64,000 nt of DNA. Origin: Macrostomum lignano. Lineage: Eukaryota. This document shows, in pieces, positions 53,873 through 64,000 of this stretch. The stretch lies in contig NIVC01001012.1 of assembly GCA_002269645.1 (NCBI GenBank), positions 75,553 through 139,552 on the forward strand, in the 5' to 3' direction. Every line of letters begins with the position of its first letter. The first letter of the stretch is position 1. The notes below the pieces were generated by a model that was given only the letters and a program-made list of their open reading frames with translations, searched no databases and had not been told where the DNA came from. Made by a program: the position numbers and the translations under genes.

Positions 53873-54720
53873 CCAATCAGTATGACGCCCCAATCAATCA
53901 GTATGACATTCCAATCTGTATGACACCTCAATCAGTGACACCCCAATCAATCAGTGACACCCCAATCAATCAGTATGACATTCCAATCTGTATGACACCC
54001 CAATCAGTATGACACTCCAATCAGTATGACACCCCCAATCAGTATGACACTCCAATTAATCAGTATGACACCCCAATTAATCAGTATGACACCCCAATTA
54101 ATCAGTATGACACCCAAATTAATCAGTATGACACCCAAATTAATCAGTATGACACCCTAATTAATCAGTATGACACCCCAATCAGTATCACACCTCAATC
54201 AGTATGACACCCCAATCAATCAGTGTGACACCCCAATCAATCAGTATGACACCCCAATCAATCAGTATGACATCCCAATCAATCAGTATGACATCCAAAT
54301 CAGTATGACACCCCAATCAATCAGTATGACACCCCAATCAATCAGTGTGACACCCCAATCAATCAGTATGACACCCCAATCAATCAGTATGACATCCCAA
54401 TCAGTATGACACCCCAATCAATCAGTGTGACACCCCAATCAGCATGACACCCCAATCAATCAGTGTGACACCCCAATCAGCATGACACCCCAATCAGTAT
54501 GATGGCCCAATCAGTATGATGACCCAATCAGTATGATGACCCAATCAGTATGATGACCCAATCAGTATGATGACCCAATCAGTATGATGACCCAATCAGT
54601 ATGATGACCCAATCAGTATGATGACCCAATCAGTATGATGACCCAATCAGTATGATGACCCAATCAGTATGATGACCCAATCAGTATGATGACCAAATCA
54701 GTGACGCCGAAATCAATATG
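53873..54720. repeat. Mixed 21/17-bp minisatellite (ATCAATCAGTATGACACCCCA / ATCAGTATGATGACCCA)
   Basis: Direct; occupies the same position as 43567-43832. Confidence 0.93.
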
Positions 54721-55227
54721 ACGCACCCAAAGTGTGGCATCCAAAAGCATCTAAACCACCCCAATCAAAACCTGAAATCCGCTACAAAAATCCCAGTTGG
54801 TGCAAGAACTTGAGCATCGCATCACTCACATTTGAAATGTGGCAGACAGCAGCAGAAGAGTCGACAGGCTTCTGCCTATCACAATCTGCAAATTCAGTCG
54901 CATGTCGCTCACTTCCGGCACCTAAAATTCGCGATGAGAGGTGGGCGCAGCATGGAGATTCTGTGTCTGCGCCAGCATTTATAGGTAAGACGTGAAACTG
55001 CTGAACAAAGATATTCGTAAATTGCATCAAACTTCTTGTACGCGTACTATACGAAATTTCTAATTTTAGCAATCTGATTTCTGTTTTAGTACCCGGATGT
55101 AGTGACACATTTCTTGGCTTTTAGCTCGTAGTTTACCTAACCCTGCTGTCAAGGAATTATAGCTGTAAAATCGTGTAGATTTAATTCTTTCTTTGATTTT
55201 ATATGTAATGAAGCATCTGGTGAGACA

Positions 55228-55427
55228 CAGTGGCGTAGCCAGGAATTTCAATTTAGGGGGCCGGGTTGACCTGGCTGGCCAAGTCTCATGCCTGCAGTGC
55301 CACTTTTGGCGCCGCAGGCACTCATTTTAGAGCCGCAGGCACTCAATTGTCTCATGGTTTTTGGTACCGGCCGCGCCCAACCCCACCACCCCCAGGCCAG
55401 GCCGCCCCCCCCCTGAATACGCCAGTG
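55228..55427. mobile_element. hAT-type MITE (duplicate of 44334-44546)
   Basis: Same TIR and GTGAGACA TSD. Confidence 0.9.
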
Positions 55428-56564
55428 GTGAGACAGACTCAGCCTTTGCTCTTACTTACCTGAACATACTTATACTCTAGTGACTCTAATGAACCCCGGT
55501 AGCTATGTACGCTCGTATGTACGTGTACTGCATGTACACTCGTATTACAAAGAAATCATCGCGTACGTTGAATTCGAAAATCATTTAGCAATCGAAGTAC
55601 AATACACAATACACAGCCCCTAATCGAACGACAGTGGAAAATTCCGTGGGAACAAAAAATATTTTGTTTAACATTCTTAACTACTATTTTGCTTCCTTCT
55701 ATCTTTCCTCAATTAAATATCATTTGACAAAAGGGGACACTTAAAAACTATGGTAACTAAGTGTGCACGAAACTCAACTCACTGTCCATGTGGACTCACT
55801 CACCAAGAGATTTTGGCCAACTCCAACTTCCTGCAGACTTTATACAATAAAATTTAGGAAGGGAGCACCACGGAAAACCCATGATTTTACAGGCGAAGCC
55901 GCGGTAACTCTGTGGCAGATCCAAGTAAAATCCAAGTAAAACCCACGGCTTTTCCGCGGCGAATGTTTCTCTTAAAGCAGTTGGAATTTGCCCCTCCTTT
56001 CAAGTACAACTAAAAGGCAATTCCATGGCTCTCCCATGGAAATTCAGTCAGTAGAATTATTTAAATAGGGTTGGAGTGTGAGTGTATGCACAGTTGCCGC
56101 CCTATTGTACGAGTACGTAGCATGCCAGGAAAGAGAGACAGAAGAGATCTGTATCGTTCATGCGCTTTCAGACCAAGCATGAACTGTTCTCTGTACGCCG
56201 CCTAACGCTCTACGTTCGTACAAAAAAGGGAACTTCAGTTTTTTCTGTGAACTTTAGAGTTCTTTATTTATTGTTCAAAGCTCAAAGCCCAAAGGCAAAG
56301 CAGTCAACGGCAGGGAATGATTACAAGCATTTGACATACGTAGGGTCTGGCGGATGTCATTGTCGTCAAAGTTGAGACTAAAATTTTCTTTAGTGGTTCA
56401 CAAGGGTCTTCAGAATGTGTTTATGAATTCTTCTTTTAGTTCAGTTCAACAACTGCGAGCAGTGCGAGCTAAAAGTGCTATGGTGCAGAAACAGCTTGAA
56501 TATAAGTTTCGTCGCTCTCATTTTGTCTTTTCTGGTGGAAAACTTTAGCTAGAACTTTAGGGTA

Positions 56565-56915
56565 TGTTTCACATTCCTCAGATTTACATCTCCCAGATTT
56601 CACATTCCAGATTTTAAAAATTTCTCAGATTTGACATTCCCTCAGATTTAAAATTCCGCAGATGTCACATTCCCCAGATTTAAAATTCCGCAGATTTCAC
56701 ATTCCGCAGATTTCACATTCTGCAGATTTCACATTCCCCAGATTTCACATTCCCCCAGAGTTCACATTCCCCGAAATTCACATTCACCAGAATTCCCATT
56801 CCCCAGATTTTGCATCAACAGATTTCACATTTCCCAGATTTAACATTCCTTGCATTTCACGCTCACCATATTTCACATTCCCAAGATTTTACGTTCCAAA
56901 AATTTTACATTCCCC
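56565..56915. repeat. Degenerate (ATTCCCCAGATTTCAC)-type array
   Basis: Variant units visible. Confidence 0.75.
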
Positions 56916-56949
56916 ATATTTCTCCGGCGTCGCAATAAACAACAATACA

Positions 56950-57115
56950 GCGGCACAGGGCGCGCCTCTGGGTCAGGTCGCAAAGAAAAGCCACGTCGCC
57001 GACTGAATCCGGGGCGCCGGCGTCAGACAGCAGGCAGGAGACAAGGCGCGAACCCGCGATACATGGCCTGCCTGCTTGTGCCAGCTGGACGCCGCCCTCA
57101 CTCCATGTACGCAGG
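56950..57115 (-). mobile_element. RTE-like LINE 3' end fragment (paralogous copy at ~61157-61330)
   Basis: CLLSDAGAPD..G..FLCDLTQRRAL. Confidence 0.7.
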
Positions 57116-58869
57116 CCAAACTCAAAGCTATTTTTAGCAACACATCTATAGAGAGCCATCTGCATGTGCAAGTACAAGGAGATTCTCTGGTCTGTGCGGA
57201 ACGCTCCTGGATTTTTAAACGTTATTAACAGGTTTTTCCCTATTATCTTCTGCTTGCATGGCAGAAAGACTTCAAACACACTGGCCTCTAAAGGCCCTAT
57301 TATGAGTGTGAGGCTCACAGCTCAGAATTCGCAGTACTGAACATTATTCAAAGCAGTGTATCTTATAGTCAACTAAAACGCATACGCACAATGCAGAAGT
57401 AATGAATATTTTGAGCGGGGTAGGCTTAGCGCTCACGCAGTTTCTCTCTGTGCTGTTTTTATGGCAATTATCAACCCCGCCTCTCAACACATTTTGCTGC
57501 GAGTCTTCTGTGTCACGCGTTCGCAGGCTACTGGCTTGGCCCTCAAATCTCAGATTCGTTATTGTCATTTGGGCATTGAGATCGGCTTCTTAAGCTGGTC
57601 TGTTTGGATAGGTTTGGTCAAGATGAGTAGAGGTTGTTGTTTTTTCCACTTCGATGCAAGCGCTTTTCCGGTGCTTACAGACAGGTATTAAAAGAATGAA
57701 AGAAACTGCAAATGATAACACGAACAAGTTTTGTAACTTAGATACTTACTGAATGTTATCTTACTTTTTATTTTCTTTCTTTCTAATCTCTTTCCACTTT
57801 CTTACTAATCTCTTCTTTGATTAAAAAGATCAGGAGCGTGGCCACGGAAGGGCCAAAGGGCGATCCGGCCCTCCAAATAGGCTGGCAAAGCTAATGGCTG
57901 AGTACCTACTGACTTGGCGCCTCTTCAGCAGGTTTGGCGCTTCTTTTCCCAATTCTAGCAGTTCCCCCGACCACCACTTTGGCTACTTTGGCCCCAACAA
58001 CAGCCCTTGGTGCTGGCGCCCCTTGGTGCTGACTCTCATTGGCTCAAAAGTACCGGGGTGATAACGGAATGCTTGAGATACCAGCTGAGGATGTCCAGCA
58101 GCTTGCCTACTGGATCTCGCTTGATCATCGAAACTAGATAAATTTGCAACAGCGTGTCTATAGTCACCTGGTGCCACCTGTGGAAGGTCCAGAAGCTCCG
58201 CCTGGGTGAAGGCTAGTGACCAACGAAGTAAGAGCTGATGCGGACACATGTGGTCGACGTGCTGATGAAATTTGGAGGCTTGGCAAGGCTGCACTGAGGC
58301 GCAGTGTTGATTGGCGCACAGGGGTGTACTGAATACACTGGCGCTTATGGGAAAAATCAGACCTTCTGGCAGAATCGTCAAATATCTCGACGGTCCGGAG
58401 GGCTGGCGACTTGATTCTTGTTTGAGAAGGTGCGCAACAAAATTTTTGCCTGTGTTCTTGAATTTCGTATGTCTGCGTTGCTCCAGTACGGCGCAGCAAA
58501 AAATTGTCAGGGGATGCCCCCCTCTGGGTAGTTCTACTGTTAATTAAGTTCTCGGATTTTTTATCGTTACTTAATTATATTTTCTTCCTCGTTATTGTTT
58601 TATTTCCTCTTACAAATGTTTAATCCAGTGATTACATTTTCGATTGCCTTCTTTCTAGATTCTAGATAAATATTTCCGATATTTGCAGAGATTTACAGCA
58701 TTTAAACAGCAGAACAGTAACAGCATAATTATACAGTCATCACTCGCATGTAACAGCATATTTCTCATTCAATCCTCTTATAGTTTCAATGAAGAGCTTT
58801 GAGGCTGTGAACTATTATTCTTACGATTAGTAAAGCTTAGTTAACACCAACAACTAAAACACAAAATCT

Positions 58870-59240
58870 TCAAACCTGACATCTACTCGATGAAGCCGAT
58901 GAGGAAGTGAAGCTGGATTTCGAGTAATCAGACTCCATAATTATGGATAGTTTGGTCTCTTTTGCAAGCGCGGCTATTGGCTGATCAAATACGAGCTAGA
59001 GTTGACTGGCGAACCAAAATCAGACTCATTCTTTTAGGACTGCGACTTGCTTGTTCTTAGCTCGTATTCTGCAGTTGGCTGGGCAGCCGCAAGCATCCAG
59101 CTGAGCACAGGTTGGCTCGAGTTTTCTCTCTTAATTATCATCTCTTGTTGGCTCTTATCATCAATGATAAGATTGACAGTTCTGAGTGAGTCACAGAAGA
59201 CTGAGGAGTTTGTACTCAAAGCAGTATGGTTTCTATGGTA
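58870..59240 (-). pseudogene. Paralogue C: TM exon with the TM deleted plus tail exon; upstream exons absent
   Basis: SSQPVLSWMLAAAQP..SQS* followed by TTGATCAG|PIAALAKETKLS..ESD.SKSSF. Confidence 0.6.
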
Positions 59241-59254
59241 CGTTTGGTACTTTT

Positions 59255-60186
59255 GGCAGTCAAATTGTGGCAGTCAAATTGTGGCAGTCAACTTGTGGCA
59301 GTCAAATTGTGGCAGTCAAATTGTGGCAGTCAAATTGTGGCAGTCAAATTGTGGCAGTCAAATTGTGGCAGTCAAATTGTGGCAGTCAAATTGTGGCAGT
59401 CAAATTGTGGCAGTCAAATTGTGGCAGTCAAATTGTGGCAGTCAAATTGTGGCAGTCAAATTGTGGCAGTCAAATTGTGGCAGTCAAATTGTGGCAGTCA
59501 AATTGTGGCAGTCAAATTGTGGCAGTCAAATTGTGGCAGTCAAATTGTGGCAGTCAAATTGTGGCAGTCAAATTGTGGCAGTCAAATTGTGGCAGTCAAA
59601 TTGTGGCAGTCAAATTGTGGCAGTCAAATTGTGGCAGTCAAATTGTGGCAGTCAAATTGTGGCAGTCAAATTGTGGCAGTCAAATTGTGGCAGTCAAATT
59701 GTGGCAGTCAAATTGTGGCAGTCAAATTGTGGCAGTCAAATTGTGGCAGTCAAATTGTGGCAGTCAAATTGTGGCAGTCAAATTATGGCAGTCAAATTGT
59801 GGCAGTCAAATTGTGGCAGTCAAATTGTGGCAGTCAAATTGTGGCAGTCAAATTGTGGCAGTCAAATTGTGGCAGTCAAATTGTGGCAGTCAAATTGTGG
59901 CAGTCAAATTGTGGCAGTCAAATTGTGGCAGTCAAATTGTGGCAGTCAAATTGTGGCAGTCAAATTGTGGCAGTCAAATTGTGGCAGTCAAATTGTGGCA
60001 GTCAAATTGTGGCAGTCAAATTGTGGCAGTCAAATTGTGGCAGTCAAATTGTGGCAGTCAAATTGTGGCAGTCAAATTGTGGCAGTCAAATTGTGGCAGT
60101 CAAATTGTGGCAGTCAAATTGTGGCAGTCAAATTGTGCAGTCAAATTGTGGCAGTCAAATTGTGGCAGTCAAATTGTGGCAGTCAA
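59255..60186. repeat. 14-bp minisatellite (GGCAGTCAAATTGT)n, ~66 copies
   Basis: Direct; gives the spurious SNCGSQIVAVKLWQ ORFs. Confidence 0.97.
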
Positions 60187-62077
60187 CTGCCACAGACTCA
60201 ACTAAATGTGCACGAAACTTAACTCATTGTCTCTGTGTACTAACCAAAAGAAGTTTCTCTGCTTCTTGCAATATTTGCAAATTTTGATGGGGGTAGCAAC
60301 CGTGGCAAACGCATGATTTTAATTACAGGTGAAGCTGCGGTAACTCTGTGGCAAGTCCAAGTGAAACCCACGGCTTTTCCGCGGATTTTTCTTCTGTGAA
60401 TAAGTCTCCAAGTACTTTTAAAAGGCCATTCCATGGCTTTTCCATGGAAATTTAGCCGATACAATACAGGAATGCGGATCTATGCCGCCGAGTACTATGC
60501 GAGGAAAGAGAAGCAGAAGGACGCACGCTTCTTGTACCAAAGCAGTTTCCAAAGCAGCATGCACTGTTCGCTGTACGCCTCCCCCCCCCAAAGTCAAGTG
60601 CTGTACAAAAAGGAACTTCAGTTTTGTTCCAAGTTACTTTAGATTTTTTTGTTGTTATTTTGAAAGGTTGCGAAATAAATGAATACGCAATATATGGTAC
60701 AGTTCCCCAAAAAAGTTCGTAGTTAATAGACTCATCTCACGGCTCAAAGCACTCAACTGCAAGGAATAAGATTATAAGCATGTGAAATTACGTCTGAGTC
60801 CGGCGGATGTCCCTCTCGTCTAAACTAAGGGATTAAAAGTTTATTTTTGTAATCTTTCTTTTAGTTTAGTTTCACAACTGCGAGCTCAAGGTACTGTACG
60901 TGTGTGCACAAACAGCATTAATTTCGCTGCTCTCATTTTGTACCTTAGGCGGACATCTTAAGCTAGAATTTTCGGGCACTGGGTATGTTTCAAATTACCC
61001 CATATTTCATATTTTCCAGATTTCACATCCCTGAATTTTACATTTCTTACATTTTACATTCCCCAAATATTACGTTCCAAATTCTACATTTCTTTGATTT
61101 CCCTGGCTTCGTAAAGAAGCATCAATAAGATTACGCTGTCAGATTACTTAGACGGAAGCGGCACAGGGCGCGCCTCTGACCAGGTCGTGAAGGATTGTCA
61201 CGTCGCCGACCGAATCCGGTACATTAACGTCAGCCAGCAGGCTGCAAACAAGGCGCGAAGCCGCGATACGCGGCCTGCCTGCTTGTGCCAGCTGGACGCC
61301 GCCCTCACCCCATGTACGCAGGGGCGAACCCCAGAGCTATTTTTAGCAACACATCTGTAGAGTACAACTTGGGGATTCTCTGGTCTTTTCTGAAGGCTCC
61401 TTGATTTTTAAAACGTTATTAACAAGTTTTTTTCCTGTTATCTTATTATTGCATCGCTGAAGGACTTCAGCGATGTAATAATAACACACTGGCCTCCAAA
61501 AGCCCTATTGAGCGCGAGGCTCACAGCTCAGAATTCGCAGTACCGAATATTATTCAAAGCAGTGTATCTTATAGTCAACAAGAACGCATAGGCACAATGC
61601 AGAAAATGAATATTTTGAGTTGGGTAGAGTTAGCGCTCCTGCAGTTTCTCTCTGTGCTGTTGTTAAGGCAACCATCAACCCCGCATTTTGCTGGGAGTCT
61701 GTGTCACGCGTTCGTAGGCTGCTAGCTTGGCCCTCAAATCTCAGCTTCGTTATTGTCCTTTGGGAATTGAGGTCGGCTTTCTTAAGCTGTCTGTTTGGAT
61801 AGCTTCATGGTCAAGACGAGTAGAGGTCGTTGTTTTTCCACTTCGATGCAAGCTCTTTTCACCACCAAGCTCTTTTTCGGTGCTTACAGTTATTAAAAGA
61901 ATAAAAGAAACTGCAGATGACAAAATAAACATATTTTGTAACTTATATACTAATTTTATCTTACCTTCTATTTTCCTTCTATCTAATTTCTTTCCACTTT
62001 CTTATCAATCTCTTCTTTGATTAAAAAAGATCAGAAGCGTGCCAGGGAAGGGCCCTCCAAATAGGCTGGCAAAACTA

Positions 62078-62730
62078 AAGCCCCTTGGTGCTGGCGCCCT
62101 TGGTGCTGGCGCCCCTTGGTGCTGGCCGCCCTTGGTGCTAAAGCCCCTTGGTGCTAACTTGGTGCTGGCGCCCTTGGTGCTGGCGCCCCTTGGTGCTAAA
62201 GCCCCTTGGTGCTAAAGCCCCTTGGTGCTAAAGCCCCTTGGTGCTAAAAGGTGCTAAAGCCCCTTGGTGCTAAAGCCCCTTGGTGCTAAAGCCCTTGGTG
62301 CTAAAGCCCCTTGGTGCTAAAGCCCCTTGGTGCTAAAGCCCCTTGGTGCTGGCGCCCTTGGTGCTAAGCCCCTTGGTGCTGGCGCCCCTTGTGCTAAAGC
62401 CCCTTGGTGCTAAAGCCCCTTGGTGCTAAAGCCCCTTGGTGCTAAAGCCCCTTGGTGCTAAAGCCCCTTGGTGCTAAAGCCCCTTGGTGCTAAAGCCCCT
62501 TGGTGCTAAAGCCCCTTGGTGCTAAAGCCCCTTGGCTAAAGCCTTGGTGCTAAAGCCCCTTGGTGCTAAAGCCCCTTGGTGCTAAAGCCCCTTGGTGCTA
62601 AAGCCCTTGTGCTAAAGCCCCTTGGTGCTAAAGCCCTTGGTGCTAAAGCCCTTGGTGCTAAACCCTTGGTGCTAAAGCCCTGGTGCTAAAGCCCTTGGTG
62701 CAAATAAGCCCTTGTGCTAAAGCCCTTGTC
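62078..62730. repeat. (GGTGCTAAAGCCCCTT)n, ~41 copies with many indels
   Basis: Direct. Confidence 0.95.
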
Positions 62731-63908
62731 CTGGCGCCTCTCATTGCAGTCGTCCCTGAAAGGCACAGCCCCAATAAAAAGCCTAAAAGCTGAAAACCCT
62801 GATATGATGAACTCCAAACCAGGTCCGGGAATTTTAGAACTTGACGATAAAACATTTCGTCGAATTTCTGACTCCCACCACTGGGTAGAGATGCAGCTTC
62901 AAGACACTTTGTACAAAGAAATGAAGCCCGAACACTAACTACATCTAGATTTAATACTCTGTTGTCTAAAGATAAAAAAGGTTAAATTCGCATCATTCTA
63001 ATAATCCCGTACAGAAATCCGACACACGTGAGCTGCAGTAAACGCAGGTACTTTTACAATGCAGGGACGTTCAGCCAACGTCGTTATTCGTCGGTGGCAA
63101 TGCGCCCATTTGTCGGATTCTATGGGCACTCGTTATGATCTTTTCATAATGAAATGCACAATACATTCAATTATTCTTCCCTGTTATTCTACTTACCTTT
63201 ATTCTTATTCAACTCAGGGATGACTTACAGGCAGTTTTTCGATGCCTACTCATCAAGAATATCTTGAAAGAGCTCTCTGCTACCGTAATCACCGATAATT
63301 GAGATATTAGATTCACAATTCTTGAATTACTGCGTTTGCTGGATTCTTCAAATGACAGGTAAATCAGTTTTTATTATACGACGCTCGTAAATTCACACTA
63401 ATTCAGGTACACTTGCATTAAAATCATAAATTTTGCAAATGTTAAGTATACAACTGCTACGATAGATTAGTGCGAAACACTCAGTCTCAATGCACTCGTT
63501 TATCAGCCACTACTTATTTAATTAACTCAGCTAAATGCATTAAACAGTCTACCATCATTTCACACTTCGCTAACGGTAGTGAATAGATAAAGAGGGTACA
63601 AGACAAAACATTGGTAAATGTGCTTTAGGGAGCAACTTTGGGAAGCAATGAACACCAAATAATGAAATGTACAGAAATTTTACACAAAATAAACATTACA
63701 ATGCCCGATGCGAGCGTATTTGTCGTATTTATACAGCAAAGTTATTATTCTGCAACAAAAGCGGCATATTTACAAAGCAATTAACTGGTATATTTACATA
63801 GAACTGGCATGTTTCTCACTCAGTGGGCTGTGTTGAAGCTCTTCATTGAACTTCTGAAGACTTTCTTTTTGCTGCTCAGGAGGCAATTGAAGGTTTTTAC
63901 TTTTTAGT

Positions 63909-64000
63909 TCACAAGTTAACAGCAGCAGCAACATCCCCAAAATACGGTTTTGTTGGATCTTCCGATGAGAAAGTGAAACTTGATTTCGGCTGATCAGACT
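63909..64000 (-). CDS. Paralogue E: tail exon end (gene continues beyond the window)
   Basis: ESDQPKSSFTFSSEDPTKPYFGDVAAAVNL*, identical to copy B. Confidence 0.5.
   Translation of the reverse strand, partial: SDQPKSSFTFSSEDPTKPYFGDVAAAVNL

Noticed and set aside
57983-58547. Short ORFs in the 48445-49000 / 58030-58660 duplicate
   Set aside because: No recognisable domain, and stops occur in the most plausible frame
59047-60287. 339-391 aa ORFs open in three frames
   Set aside because: A 14-bp repeat lacking stop codons

Overview
Repeat-rich metazoan genomic window. The short introns and TE families suggest a free-living flatworm such as Macrostomum, but that is inference. No rRNA, CRISPR or bona fide tRNA gene was found. 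1-13.4 kb is a nest of transposons: a decayed THAP/P-element-like transposase split by an R1/LOA-type LINE (EN-RT-RNaseH), a structured non-autonomous partner of that LINE, and a very recent full-length Ty3/Gypsy (CsRN1-like) LTR element. 13.4-29.1 kb (minus strand) holds a ~20-exon gene for a predicted single-pass receptor: signal peptide, degenerate cadherin-like repeats, a C-type-lectin-like domain (CTLD), TM helix and short tail. Its introns are filled with unrelated mini/microsatellites. 30-36 kb has an RTE-like LINE fragment, a 2.7 kb (TAAC)n tract and a Ginger/GIN-like integrase remnant. 37-64 kb is a mosaic of segmental tandem duplications carrying shorter paralogues of the same cadherin/CTLD receptor in different states of decay (copies Z, A, B, C, E), which can be ordered by hAT MITE and solo-LTR insertions. 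The most interesting signal is this clustered, birth-and-death family of putative cadherin/C-type-lectin hybrid receptors. Domain calls come from motif recognition by eye and need HMM or structure confirmation. Coordinates marked ~ are approximate, and some frameshifts could be assembly errors.
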